A stretch of 64,000 bases of DNA from Candidatus Latescibacterota bacterium (GTDB lineage: Bacteria; Latescibacterota; UBA2968; UBA8231): NCBI GenBank assembly GCA_965248265.1, contig CBDFJF010000002.1, positions 2,848,001-2,912,000 of the forward strand. The letters run 5' to 3'. The first letter of the stretch is position 1; each line of letters opens with the position of its first letter. The translations under genes and the position numbers were made by a program. The notes beneath the pieces were generated by a model that worked only from the letters and a program-made list of their open reading frames with translations, was not told the DNA's origin and did no database searches. Shown here piece by piece: positions 1-8,596 of this stretch.

Positions 1-455
1 GCAAACGTGTCGAAGACCGGGATGAGGCCGGTTGCACTTGGCAATCCCATACTTCGCGCGGCGGCATCTTCACCAGCCGTAACGGCGCCACTGCTCCGTC
101 TGCCAACGATGCGCTATGCCTGGAGGTGTTGGGCGATGAAAAAACGCGGCTGACTGTCACCTTCGACTGCACTACCCACAAGAGCCTGCTGGCCACGGGG
201 CCGGATCTGTCCATTTCCTCCGGCATTGGCCGACTCGAACGGTCCCTTACTGTCGGTGAACTGCTGGAGGGCCGCCAGGGCTTCCGGCTCGATGGCATGC
301 CCACTTGGGTGGTCGCGCACAGGGCGGTACCGCCGCATCTGTACAGCATGAAGGGGAGCTATGGCCATGACGCAGGTGAAGTGGCCTGCTACTATCTTCG
401 GGTTACCCAGGAGAATGGCCAGATGGCCTGGGCAAGTCCGCTGTGGATCGGATGA
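1..455 (+). CDS. 3' part of a DUF3604/CehA-McbA-like metallohydrolase (5' end outside window)
   Basis: Frame is open from position 3 to TGA at 453-455. C-terminus YYLRVTQENGQMAWASPLWI is typical of this family. Confidence 0.7.
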   Translation, partial: KRVEDRDEAGCTWQSHTSRGGIFTSRNGATAPSANDALCLEVLGDEKTRLTVTFDCTTHKSLLATGPDLSISSGIGRLERSLTVGELLEGRQGFRLDGMPTWVVAHRAVPPHLYSMKGSYGHDAGEVACYYLRVTQENGQMAWASPLWIG

Positions 456-700
456 CGAAGAGACACTTCGATCCACTCAGGCCGATTCGGACCTTCCCCG
501 TACCGGACCGCTACGAATTCACCCAGAGCACCGAATCCGTCTGCGTCTATGACATCGAGTCCATGGATTCGTCGTGGAATTTCCCGTCGGCGTAAACGAT
601 GAAATCTACGTCTACGGATACTGGGGCCCTGGTATCGGCTGGTTTCGACAACGGTTGCACATTCACCGTGACGGCCTCCCCAATGGTGCGTATATTTGAG
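452..700 (+). pseudogene. Relic 5' fragment of a translationally coupled gene
   Basis: ATG at 452 overlaps the upstream stop (ATGA). 47-aa ORF MTKRHFDPLRPIRTFPVPDRYEF... ends at 595; protein-like text continues in another frame (FVVEFPVGVNDEIYVYGYWG). Confidence 0.35.
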
Positions 701-746
701 TTCGTTCCGGAGTCATGTTTTCCCCCCGACCAGTTTCCGATACCCC

Positions 747-929
747 ATGATCGAACCCGTGGTTCATCGGCGTTCCGTCTCTGATCACAACCAGTCCCGA
801 GAGGACCTGGAATACTGGCTTCAACGCACCCCTGCGGAGCGCATAGCCGCAGTCGAGGATCTCCGGCGACAACACTATGGAAGTACAGCGAGATTTCAGC
901 GAGTTGCTCGCGTTGTTCAACGAGCATGA
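747..929 (+). CDS. Small partner protein of nucleotidyltransferase TA-like pair
   Basis: 60 aa with DLEYWLQRTPAERIAAVEDLR, the motif of small proteins encoded upstream of DUF6036-type nucleotidyltransferases; overlaps the next gene. Confidence 0.65.
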   Translation: MIEPVVHRRSVSDHNQSREDLEYWLQRTPAERIAAVEDLRRQHYGSTARFQRVARVVQRA

Positions 930-1323
930 CGTAGCGTACGTCATCGTCGGGGGCTACGCACTGGCTTTTCACGGCGCTCCCCGCAATACCGGTGACATCG
1001 ACATTCTCGTACGCTCAGATCGCGAAAACGCTGAGCGCATCGTCCGTGCATTGGATGATTTCGGTTTCGGATCCCTCAAGCTCAGCGCCGCCGATTTCTC
1101 ACAGCCCGATCGAGTTGTCCAACTCGGGTATCCTCCCGTTCGCGTTGATTTGATGACCTCGATTTCAGGTGTTACCTGGGAACAGGTGGAGAGCGGCCTA
1201 GCGACCGGCACGTATGGTGACGTACCCGTGCGTTTCATCGGACGGTCCGAGCTGGTCACAAACAAGAGATCAACCGGGCGTACCAGGGATCGGGCCGATT
1301 TGGAGTCTCTCGGAGAAGACTGA
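877..1323 (+). CDS. Minimal nucleotidyltransferase (DUF6036-like)
   Basis: YVIVGGYALAFHGAPRNTGDIDI (GG...DxD) and C-terminal NKRSTGRTRDRADL. Confidence 0.85.
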   Translation: MEVQRDFSELLALFNEHDVAYVIVGGYALAFHGAPRNTGDIDILVRSDRENAERIVRALDDFGFGSLKLSAADFSQPDRVVQLGYPPVRVDLMTSISGVTWEQVESGLATGTYGDVPVRFIGRSELVTNKRSTGRTRDRADLESLGED

Positions 1324-1329
1324 CCACCC

Positions 1330-1585
1330 GTTACTCTTCCGAAATCCTTCATCTTCTGCAGCAGCGTCCAACGGCTGATGCCGAGTTGCTCTGACATGCG
1401 GGTCTTGTTGGCGCCGCAGGACTCGAACGCCGCCTGAATCATTTCCCGCTCGACGTCTGATATGACGTCCTTCAGCTTGCATCGCGCCGCCATGAACGCG
1501 CCGTTGGTTCGGCCGGCCGGATTTTTCGCGACAACGCATCCAGACCGATCGCTCCGTCGTCAGGGTTCAGCACCAGTGAGCGTCC
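1330..1585 (-). pseudogene. Remnant 3' end of an NtrC-family (sigma54) regulator with Fis-type HTH, copy 1
   Basis: LVLNPDDGAIGLDALSRKIR, then after a frameshift LKDVISDVEREMIQAAFESCGANKTRMSEQLGISRWTLLQKMKDFG. No intact AAA+ core; stop codon is out of frame. Confidence 0.7.
1337..1460 (+). repeat. 124-bp direct repeat, copy 1 (pairs with 2393-2516)
   Basis: Manual alignment: 111/124 identical, no gaps. Confidence 0.95.
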
Positions 1586-1645
1586 GTCAGCATGTGAGCC
1601 TGGGATTCCAGAATCACATTGCGAGTTCCCTCCTTTTGTGGTAGA

Positions 1646-1678
1646 TTCCTGTGAATCACAGAAACTGTGAGAATGTGT
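1646..1678 (+). promoter_or_regulatory. Putative promoter/operator of vapBC-like operon
   Basis: Inverted repeat CTGTGA-A-TCACAG at 1649-1661 plus a further CTGTGA at 1665; extended -10-like TGtGAGAAT ends at 1674, just before ATG 1679. Confidence 0.5.
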
Positions 1679-1942
1679 ATGAAGAACATCACTGTGTCGG
1701 TGGATGAGGAAACCTATCGGCGTGCCAGGGTGAAGGCAGCGCAGGCGGGCACTTCGGTGTCTGCCCTGGTGCGGTCATTCCTCGCTACTCTGAACCAGAC
1801 CCGCGAAGTGGAGACCGAATTCGACCGGCTTCGACGCCTGCAGGAGGAAACTTTGGCGGGGATCGTCGAGCGTGGTGGCGGGCTGCGTTCCTGCGATAAC
1901 CTGAGCCGGGAGGCGCTCAACGAACGCCATGCGGTTCGTTGA
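1679..1942 (+). CDS. Ribbon-helix-helix antitoxin (VapB-like)
   Basis: MKNITVSVDEETYRRARVKAAQAGTSVSALVRSFL is an RHH signature; overlaps the PIN gene. Confidence 0.85.
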   Translation: MKNITVSVDEETYRRARVKAAQAGTSVSALVRSFLATLNQTREVETEFDRLRRLQEETLAGIVERGGGLRSCDNLSREALNERHAVR

Positions 1943-2345
1943 CACGAATGTCTTGATCTACGCCGTCAGCACAGCTGAGGAAGACCGTGTCAAACAAGGT
2001 CGAGCCCTGAAGCTGTTGGACGAACGTGATCTGGCCCTTTCGGTGCAGGTGCTTCAGGAGTTTTACGTTCAAGCGACGCGTGAATCTCGCTCAGGGGCTC
2101 TCACGCACGGAGAGGCAGTGACTTTTGCGACGGCCTTGCAGCGCTACCCAATTCAGGAGACCAGTCTCGAGGTCATGCATTCGGCTTTGGGCATGCGCCA
2201 GCGCTTTGGTCTGTCGTACTGGGACAGCGCCATCATTGCGGCAGCCCACGAGCTGGGATGTGATACCCTGTATTCGGAGGATTTCAACGCTGGTCAGGAC
2301 TACGACGGCGTGCGGGTAGCCAATCCGTTTGGCGAAACAGCCTAA
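1929..2345 (+). CDS. vapC: PIN-domain toxin (VapC family)
   Basis: FVDTNVLIY...QVLQEF...SYWDSAII...LYSEDF. Confidence 0.92.
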   Translation: MRFVDTNVLIYAVSTAEEDRVKQGRALKLLDERDLALSVQVLQEFYVQATRESRSGALTHGEAVTFATALQRYPIQETSLEVMHSALGMRQRFGLSYWDSAIIAAAHELGCDTLYSEDFNAGQDYDGVRVANPFGETA

Positions 2346-2384
2346 GGATGTAGCTCATTCAATCAGCAGGATGCCTCGCATACG

Positions 2385-2516
2385 CTACTCTGTTCCAAAG
2401 TCCTTCATCTTCTGCAGAAGTGTCCAGCGGCTGATGCCCAGCTGCTCTGACATGTGGGTCTTGTTACCGTCGCAGGACTCGAACGCCGCCTGAATCATTT
2501 CGCGCTCGACCTCTGA
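2385..2516 (-). pseudogene. Remnant Fis-type HTH 3' end, copy 2 (second copy of the 124-bp repeat)
   Basis: SEVEREMIQAAFESCDGNKTHMSEQLGISRWTLLQKMKDFGTE*, with no intact upstream regulator. Confidence 0.8.
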
Positions 2517-2975
2517 GCCCGATCGCGAATATCCGCATCACGGCGCCGTCTTCAACTTTACTGCGTTGATGTTCAAGGGCTGAGTAAAGTCGTCCAGGTG
2601 ACACCGCGATCACCTTTGCGCTGAAGAGTCGGTGTTGAATGGATTTTAGCTCAACAGTGTGGTCATGTGTTCCAGGAGTGAATAGCCCCACACGACGCTC
2701 ACGCGTATCAGGACGAATCCTTCGGCTAGGCATGGCGGATGCGTCCATCAGCTGGTAGCTGCGATGCAGGTCCGCAAGATCCGATTGGGATTCTTCCAGA
2801 TCGTGTCGCACCTCCTGGTTGACAAACAGTGGCAGGGGCACCAGCGCCGAGAGATTGTCCTTCGACTCGATTCAAGCGCGGGTGCTGTTACGGGTCTGGG
2901 CATGAATACTCCTGCGATTCACATTAAGCCAACTGGAGTGCGACCGAACCCTAACCCCAAACCATATCCAACGCC

Positions 2976-4163
2976 ATGACCGCATCGAACACTACGCATG
3001 AACCGCGTCCCCACGTTCGACGGGTTCTGTATGAAACGGGGCCGGGACATCGCCGTTTTACGAATGGAACCATTCTGTCACTGGACACGGACGGGCACAA
3101 GCTGCTGATGGCGATGACGGTTTTCGCCGACGAGGTTCACGATTACTCGGCGTCGACGGTGCGCTTCTTTCGCTCAGCCGACGCGGGGTTCACCTGGAGT
3201 GACTTCGACCAGGGCGAGGTCTTTGCCCGCCCTGATCTGGGAACCACGCGTGCCCCGTCTCTGCTGCGCGCCGCGAACGGCGACATCCTCAACTTCTTTC
3301 ACATTGTGCGCGACGCGGAGAGCGATGCCGGCCCATGGGTACGCCGCTCACTCGACAACGGCAACAGCTGGGGGGAGCCTGAGCGCCTGCCGTACGAGGG
3401 TGAAGGTGGTACGTCGGGCGATCATCCCAAGGTGCTGAGCACGGGGAGAATCATCGTGCCCTGTTGCGTTTCCCTGGATGGGCACCTCTCAAATTACGCC
3501 TATTGTATGGTTTCGGACGATGACGGACACAGCTGGCGCAAGAGTCGATATCAGACGACCAGCCGGAGCCTTCCCGACAACGTCGAAGCGCCAGAAGCGG
3601 AAAACGAAATCGAGCGACAGCACCTGATCGGCCACAAGCTTCGCATTCACGCGGCGGAGGAGCCTGCAGTGGTCGAACGGTGGGACGGATCACTTCTGAT
3701 GTTCGTGCGCTGCTATGCCGGGTGGATCTATCGGGCGTTGTCGCGCGACGGCGGGGACAGCTGGAGCGAGTTCGAGTCCAGCGACATTCCGGTCCCGGGG
3801 GCGCAGCCCTCGCTGAAGCGAATGCCCAACGGCGATATCCTGATGTTGTTCAACCGGTCACGGCCCGAAGAGATTGACGGTGGCTTTCCCCGGAACCGCT
3901 TGGGCAGTGCGGTCTCGCAGGATGACGGCGTCACCTGGGAACACATCCGGAACATCGACGGCGGGTCGGACTTTCCCGGCAAGATCACCATGGCGAATGT
4001 AACGTTCGTAAGAAACCAGGCGGTGATAACCTACAGTCGATCCGAGACTAGAAAGAACCACTACTCGTGGTGGCTGCAGATCCTGCCGCTGGAGTGGTTT
4101 TACGCTGGGTCGAATGAGGAGATTTATAGCCGGCCGTTTCAGCCGGCGCCGAGGCGGGTGTAG
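2976..4163 (+). CDS. Sialidase-like BNR/Asp-box beta-propeller protein
   Basis: Five Asp-boxes: SADAGFTW, SLDNGNSW, SDDDGHSW, SRDGGDSW, SQDDGVTW. Confidence 0.88.
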   Translation: MTASNTTHEPRPHVRRVLYETGPGHRRFTNGTILSLDTDGHKLLMAMTVFADEVHDYSASTVRFFRSADAGFTWSDFDQGEVFARPDLGTTRAPSLLRAANGDILNFFHIVRDAESDAGPWVRRSLDNGNSWGEPERLPYEGEGGTSGDHPKVLSTGRIIVPCCVSLDGHLSNYAYCMVSDDDGHSWRKSRYQTTSRSLPDNVEAPEAENEIERQHLIGHKLRIHAAEEPAVVERWDGSLLMFVRCYAGWIYRALSRDGGDSWSEFESSDIPVPGAQPSLKRMPNGDILMLFNRSRPEEIDGGFPRNRLGSAVSQDDGVTWEHIRNIDGGSDFPGKITMANVTFVRNQAVITYSRSETRKNHYSWWLQILPLEWFYAGSNEEIYSRPFQPAPRRV

Positions 4164-5836
4164 AACGTGACGTCGGTTTCCTCGAATGTCTGCGCCACGT
4201 TGTAGCCGTCCAGCGTCTCCAGCGCTACGGCGCGGGGTGGTTGGATCTTGCCGATCCTGTCCAGCTCCTCCTTGTGGCCCAGTTGCCGGACCGCTCCCCA
4301 CAAGGCGCGGTAGCTGGCCTTGAGAGGTCCCTGCATGGCGACCAGCAGTTCCTCGGAGCAGATCGGGGTGTCCCAGAAGCTCAGACCATCCGCCCCCGCC
4401 TGGTACCATTCCTTCGCGCGCGCCATGAAATCCTCCGACTCCCCGTGATAGGGCTGCATATTAGCGTCACCGTGAACCCACGGGCTCGGGTAGAGCCGGC
4501 AGTCCGTTCCCGCGGTGATCTCCTGATAGAAGTCGAGATCGAGGCGCTTGATCGGTGACATGTAGTGGACTTTGGTGACAGGAAGCAGGTCATCGACCAA
4601 GCCCTCCTGCACCCAGGTCCGTACGTCCAGCGCGTGTAGCAGGTTTTCTGCCTCCGAGTAGTAGACCATCGCCGCCAGGCGTATAGGATGTCCTGCCCCG
4701 CGACCAGCCTCGTCCAGGGTCTTCCTGACTCCGCGTACGAATTCCGTCATGTAGTGCGCCCGGTGTCTGAGCCAGCGGTCGTCCTCGTCATCGAGGGTGC
4801 GTGGACCCTGGCCATACTGCTGCTGGAAGGAGTCGACGACGGGCGGCTCGTACCAGACGTAGATCGGTCCCCGCGTAAAGCTGAGCTGAACGCCATCCAC
4901 GCCATGGTCGGCGACTTCGCGGATCAGCGATATCATGTGTGACCGAACCTGTGGGTAGGCATAGCTGATGGAGGTGATTGATACGCCGTTTTTAGCCACG
5001 CAGGCAAAGCCAGGTTTGCGGCCTCCAATGCCGTATCCGGGTTGCGGCAGGCGGTCAAAGGAGACCTCGGAGTAGGGCAGGTGCAAAGCCAGCCGGAACT
5101 GGGCGTAGAACTCCAGTCCGACCGCGCGGCAGTGCTGCATGGCGGGGAGGAACGGCACCAACCCGGGCGCCACCTTGTCGAGACTGGCCTTGACCACGGG
5201 ACGAAAGAGCCCGATTCGGGTCGGGTAGTTGCACTGGTCGCCATAGGCCACGCATAGTGAATAGGCTCGGAAGTCGGTGTCCCGAAGCGCTTCGGGGTGC
5301 CAGATCATATCCTCCGGCCCACGAACGCTGGCGGTGAAGCTGCCGTCGTTCATGGCGAAGAGGCATCGGGTGTCGTCATCGGAGCGGTCTCGCCGGACCT
5401 CCTTCACCTCTTCATCCGTGAGCTCTACGAGCTTGACGTATGCGAGGTTTATGTCGCCCTCCTGGGAGAAGATCAACTCCTGACCACTGAGATCGGCGCT
5501 CTTGAAGAACGCTTCTTTGATCACAAAACGCTCTTTGTCGAGTTGACCCCCCAGCCGGATCGTGAAGAAGCAGGGATCATCAGACAGTTTCACCCGGATC
5601 GATCCGCCCCACAGCACTGACCAGTGCGGAATGATGCCGATATGGATGGAGTACCAGCCCCTCCGATCGAGGGACAGCCGGATATCGGGAACCTTCCGGT
5701 GGTTACTGCACACCATGACGCCCTCGGCCACGTCGCTCTCGTAGGCTCGGGTCAACCACGTTTCCTCTTGATCTTGGGCGGCGATGGCCGATTCAGGAAG
5801 GCAACGGCTCATGTCGCTGAGATAGAAGGTCTTCAT
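4139..5836 (-). CDS. GHL10-like TIM-barrel protein
   Basis: ISYAYPQVRSHMISLIREV...GVDGVQLSFTRGP...LDVRTWVQEGLVD...GADGLSFWD. Confidence 0.7.
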   Translation of the reverse strand: MKTFYLSDMSRCLPESAIAAQDQEETWLTRAYESDVAEGVMVCSNHRKVPDIRLSLDRRGWYSIHIGIIPHWSVLWGGSIRVKLSDDPCFFTIRLGGQLDKERFVIKEAFFKSADLSGQELIFSQEGDINLAYVKLVELTDEEVKEVRRDRSDDDTRCLFAMNDGSFTASVRGPEDMIWHPEALRDTDFRAYSLCVAYGDQCNYPTRIGLFRPVVKASLDKVAPGLVPFLPAMQHCRAVGLEFYAQFRLALHLPYSEVSFDRLPQPGYGIGGRKPGFACVAKNGVSITSISYAYPQVRSHMISLIREVADHGVDGVQLSFTRGPIYVWYEPPVVDSFQQQYGQGPRTLDDEDDRWLRHRAHYMTEFVRGVRKTLDEAGRGAGHPIRLAAMVYYSEAENLLHALDVRTWVQEGLVDDLLPVTKVHYMSPIKRLDLDFYQEITAGTDCRLYPSPWVHGDANMQPYHGESEDFMARAKEWYQAGADGLSFWDTPICSEELLVAMQGPLKASYRALWGAVRQLGHKEELDRIGKIQPPRAVALETLDGYNVAQTFEETDVTFYTRLGAG

Positions 5837-5848
5837 TGCGAGTGCTCG

Positions 5849-6730
5849 CTACCCGCGCCAGATGGTGTTGGCCTCGTCGGCGATGGCGATGGCGCGCTCA
5901 CGCTCGGCATCCGTCAACGGTGGGACGTTGGATGCACCCGCGTTCTCCTCGATTTCGCTCGGCCTGAGGGCTCCGGCGATCACGGACGTGACTCCGGATG
6001 CGTCGAGGATGAAGCGCAGGGCCGCTTGCGCCATCGTGCGTTTTCCACCTTCGGTCAGAAAGCGAAGCTCGGCCAGCTTCGCGAAGGCGGCGACCGTCTT
6101 GCTGCGGTCTTTGAATGCATGTGAGCGCAGGTCGGTGGAGTCGAACTGTGGCGGGTCATCGAACCACTGGCCGGACAGCGCTCCCGACGCCAACGGTGAG
6201 GCGATCATCGTGCCGATGTCGTGCTCGAGCGCGAACCGCAGCCTGTCCTCGACGCCACGCGCCATCATGTTGTAGCCAATGACGACGACGGCCACTTCGC
6301 CCAACTCCATCAGATGACGCAACTCGTCGGGGTTGCTGGTGGCACTGAAGGACACACCAACCCAGCGAATCTTCCCTTGCTGCTTGAGTTGCATCAAGGT
6401 CTCCATGGCCGCCGGCACAGCATCCGGATGCGGGAGTTTGTGCAGCAGGTAGAGGTCGATGTAGTCCGATTGCAGGCGGCGAAGACTGCCCTCGCAGGCT
6501 TCGGTCAGCCGCCGCCGGGTGTGGTCGATATCGGCGACGTCGGTATAGAAGCCCCGCACCTTCGTCGAAATGATGAACTCGCCCCGGCAGCCCTCCAGTG
6601 CTCGACCGATGATGGTTTCGCTGTGGCCGTCACCGTAGATCTCGGCGGTATCAATGAGGTTGACGCCAAGCGCCGCCGCCCTCCGGATCATGGCGATCGA
6701 TTGGCCGTCGTCGGATCCGGTGTATTCCAT
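5849..6730 (-). CDS. Aldo/keto reductase, probably 5'-truncated
   Basis: IDTAEIYGDGHSE, ISTK, SLRRLQSDYIDLYLLH. The N-terminal LGxTG...GFGxW strand is missing and the frame is closed by a stop shortly upstream. Confidence 0.8.
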   Translation of the reverse strand: MEYTGSDDGQSIAMIRRAAALGVNLIDTAEIYGDGHSETIIGRALEGCRGEFIISTKVRGFYTDVADIDHTRRRLTEACEGSLRRLQSDYIDLYLLHKLPHPDAVPAAMETLMQLKQQGKIRWVGVSFSATSNPDELRHLMELGEVAVVVIGYNMMARGVEDRLRFALEHDIGTMIASPLASGALSGQWFDDPPQFDSTDLRSHAFKDRSKTVAAFAKLAELRFLTEGGKRTMAQAALRFILDASGVTSVIAGALRPSEIEENAGASNVPPLTDAERERAIAIADEANTIWRG

Positions 6731-6984
6731 AAATATTACGCGCTCCGCTGAATGGGCCCCATCGCATCCATGGATTATCTTGGCCGCGTATCGCTACGGA
6801 AAGCGAAAGGAACATACGAGACTTGCAAAAGCGCTGCAGGATTCGGTCCTGGGCGTGGCCGGGCAAGTAACTTCAGCCGAGACGATCACGTTGTGCCGTA
6901 TCAAGGCACACTGTATGCTCACAGTCCGACCATGTAGTGATGGCTCATATAGCGATGGTTCATCGAAATCTAAGGGAGACCTGA

Positions 6985-8100
6985 ATGCAGATCGTCGACA
7001 CCGGTGTCTTGAGCCTGAGCGAAGCCGGCACCAACCGTGCCAACCTGACCTTTCCGAATTTCGTCACGCTCTCGAATGGCGATGTGCTCGCAAACTGGCG
7101 CGCCGGCTTGACCAAAGACGGCGACGACGAGCACTTGGAGTTCAGTCGCTCGACGGACGGGGGCGCTACCTGGAGCGAGCCGTTCACTCCGGTGGAGAAT
7201 CCCCGGATGGAGGGAGTCGCAGGTACTCTCAAAGTCTGTTACGTCACCGAGATCAGTCCGGGCACGCTCATGGGTGTTTTCATGTGGGTGGATCGTGGGA
7301 CCTATCCGGGCCAAGGGGCCTTCAATGCCGAGACAGAAGGCTGTTTGCCCACACGCATGCTGCTGGCCGAGTCGGATGACTTTGGGGACGCTTGGTCCTC
7401 CCCCCGTGATGTGCCGATGACGGAAGAGATCGGACCTCCGAGCCTTACCAACCCGCTGATCGTGTTGCCCGATAGTACCCTGGTTTTGAGTGTCGAGTCG
7501 AACAAGCATTATCACGAGAGCGGCACGTGGTTCCAACGCGTGATGATGTTCCATTCAGGTGACCAAGGCCAAACCTGGGGACAGCCGGCCATTGCCGGAT
7601 TCGATCCCACTGGCAGAATCCGCAACTGGGATCAACGTGTCGGCATGGCGCCGGACGGGCATCTCGGGGCTTTCGTGTGGACGTTCGATTCGCATGCGGA
7701 TTCGTACCTGAACATTCACCGGCGCATCAGCGCCGACGGTGGCCACACGTGGTCGGAGGCTGAAGATCTTGGATTCACCGACCAGGCTGCCCATCCCGCC
7801 ATGCTGTCCGATGGCCGTGTCGTCCTGCCATGGGTCGATCGCTTCGACACCCAAACGATACGGGCCCGCCTTGCACCTGCAATCGATGCTCCGTTCGATC
7901 CGGATAGTGAGCTTGTCATCTACGAACATGCAAATCCCAGCGACGGCGACGTCGATCAGGCGGGAGCCCTTGGACTGTCGGTGTGGTCCTTCGGGTTGCC
8001 ATTCGCGGATCTGCTGCCGAATGGCGATGTCCTCGTCGTCTACTACGCGGGCAACGAAGAGGCCATGGATGTCCACTGGGCGCGGTTGAGCGTGAGTTGA
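6985..8100 (+). CDS. Sialidase-like BNR/Asp-box protein
   Basis: STDGGATW, SDDFGDAW, SGDQGQTW, SADGGHTW; C-terminal LPNGDVLVVYY; SD GGGAG upstream. Confidence 0.88.
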   Translation: MQIVDTGVLSLSEAGTNRANLTFPNFVTLSNGDVLANWRAGLTKDGDDEHLEFSRSTDGGATWSEPFTPVENPRMEGVAGTLKVCYVTEISPGTLMGVFMWVDRGTYPGQGAFNAETEGCLPTRMLLAESDDFGDAWSSPRDVPMTEEIGPPSLTNPLIVLPDSTLVLSVESNKHYHESGTWFQRVMMFHSGDQGQTWGQPAIAGFDPTGRIRNWDQRVGMAPDGHLGAFVWTFDSHADSYLNIHRRISADGGHTWSEAEDLGFTDQAAHPAMLSDGRVVLPWVDRFDTQTIRARLAPAIDAPFDPDSELVIYEHANPSDGDVDQAGALGLSVWSFGLPFADLLPNGDVLVVYYAGNEEAMDVHWARLSVS

Positions 8101-8112
8101 GTCCGTGGACAT

Positions 8113-8500
8113 ATGATTTTTGTGAATACGCTCCGCACCTTCTTTCTGAGTTTGACTCTCTGCACCGGCATCGCCGCGGCCGACGGGACCGACTGGCCTT
8201 ACTACGGCAGCGATGCCGCGAGCACGAAGTTTGCTCCCATAACCCAGATCGACCGTGGTAACCTTGAGGATCTTCGCATGGTCTGGCGTTGGCGGATGCC
8301 GGACCACGAGATCATGGATGCCAACGACGGCATTAGTTCACAGTCTCCGAACGAAGTGACACCGATCGTCGTCGACGGCGTCCTGTACTCCAGCACGCCT
8401 CTGAATATCGTTGTCGCTCTCGATGCTGAGACCGGAGAGGAGTTGTGGCGTTTCGATCCGGAGGCATGGAGGGAGGACAGTGTCCTCTTTGGGCTCCATC
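8113..8500 (+). pseudogene. N-terminal fragment of a PQQ-dependent dehydrogenase
   Basis: Signal peptide, then DWPYYGSDAASTKFAPITQIDRGNLEDLRMVW and TPIVVDGVLY...VVALDAETGEELWRFDP. Similarity ends near residue 128, where AT-richer DNA starts; the ORF runs on to 8613. Confidence 0.8.
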
Positions 8501-8596
8501 TGAACTGGAGCCTGAATAACTCTGGTGGCCGATCGGATCAAGACTTGCAGAGTTCAAGACAATGGTGGGGGAAATTAAGAGCGACAATTCCCAGAT

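Noticed and set aside
1337-2516. Diversity-generating retroelement TR/VR pair
   Set aside because: Mismatches are not adenine-specific, are mostly synonymous, and there is no reverse transcriptase in the window.
6891-6925. SOS box CTGT-N6-ACAG and adjacent GTGCC hairpin
   Set aside because: Spacing does not match the N8 LexA box and the context is not a repair gene; regulator unknown.
8506-8525. IS terminal repeat at the left island edge (GAGCCTGAATAACTC)
   Set aside because: No matching inverted copy or target duplication found at the right edge.
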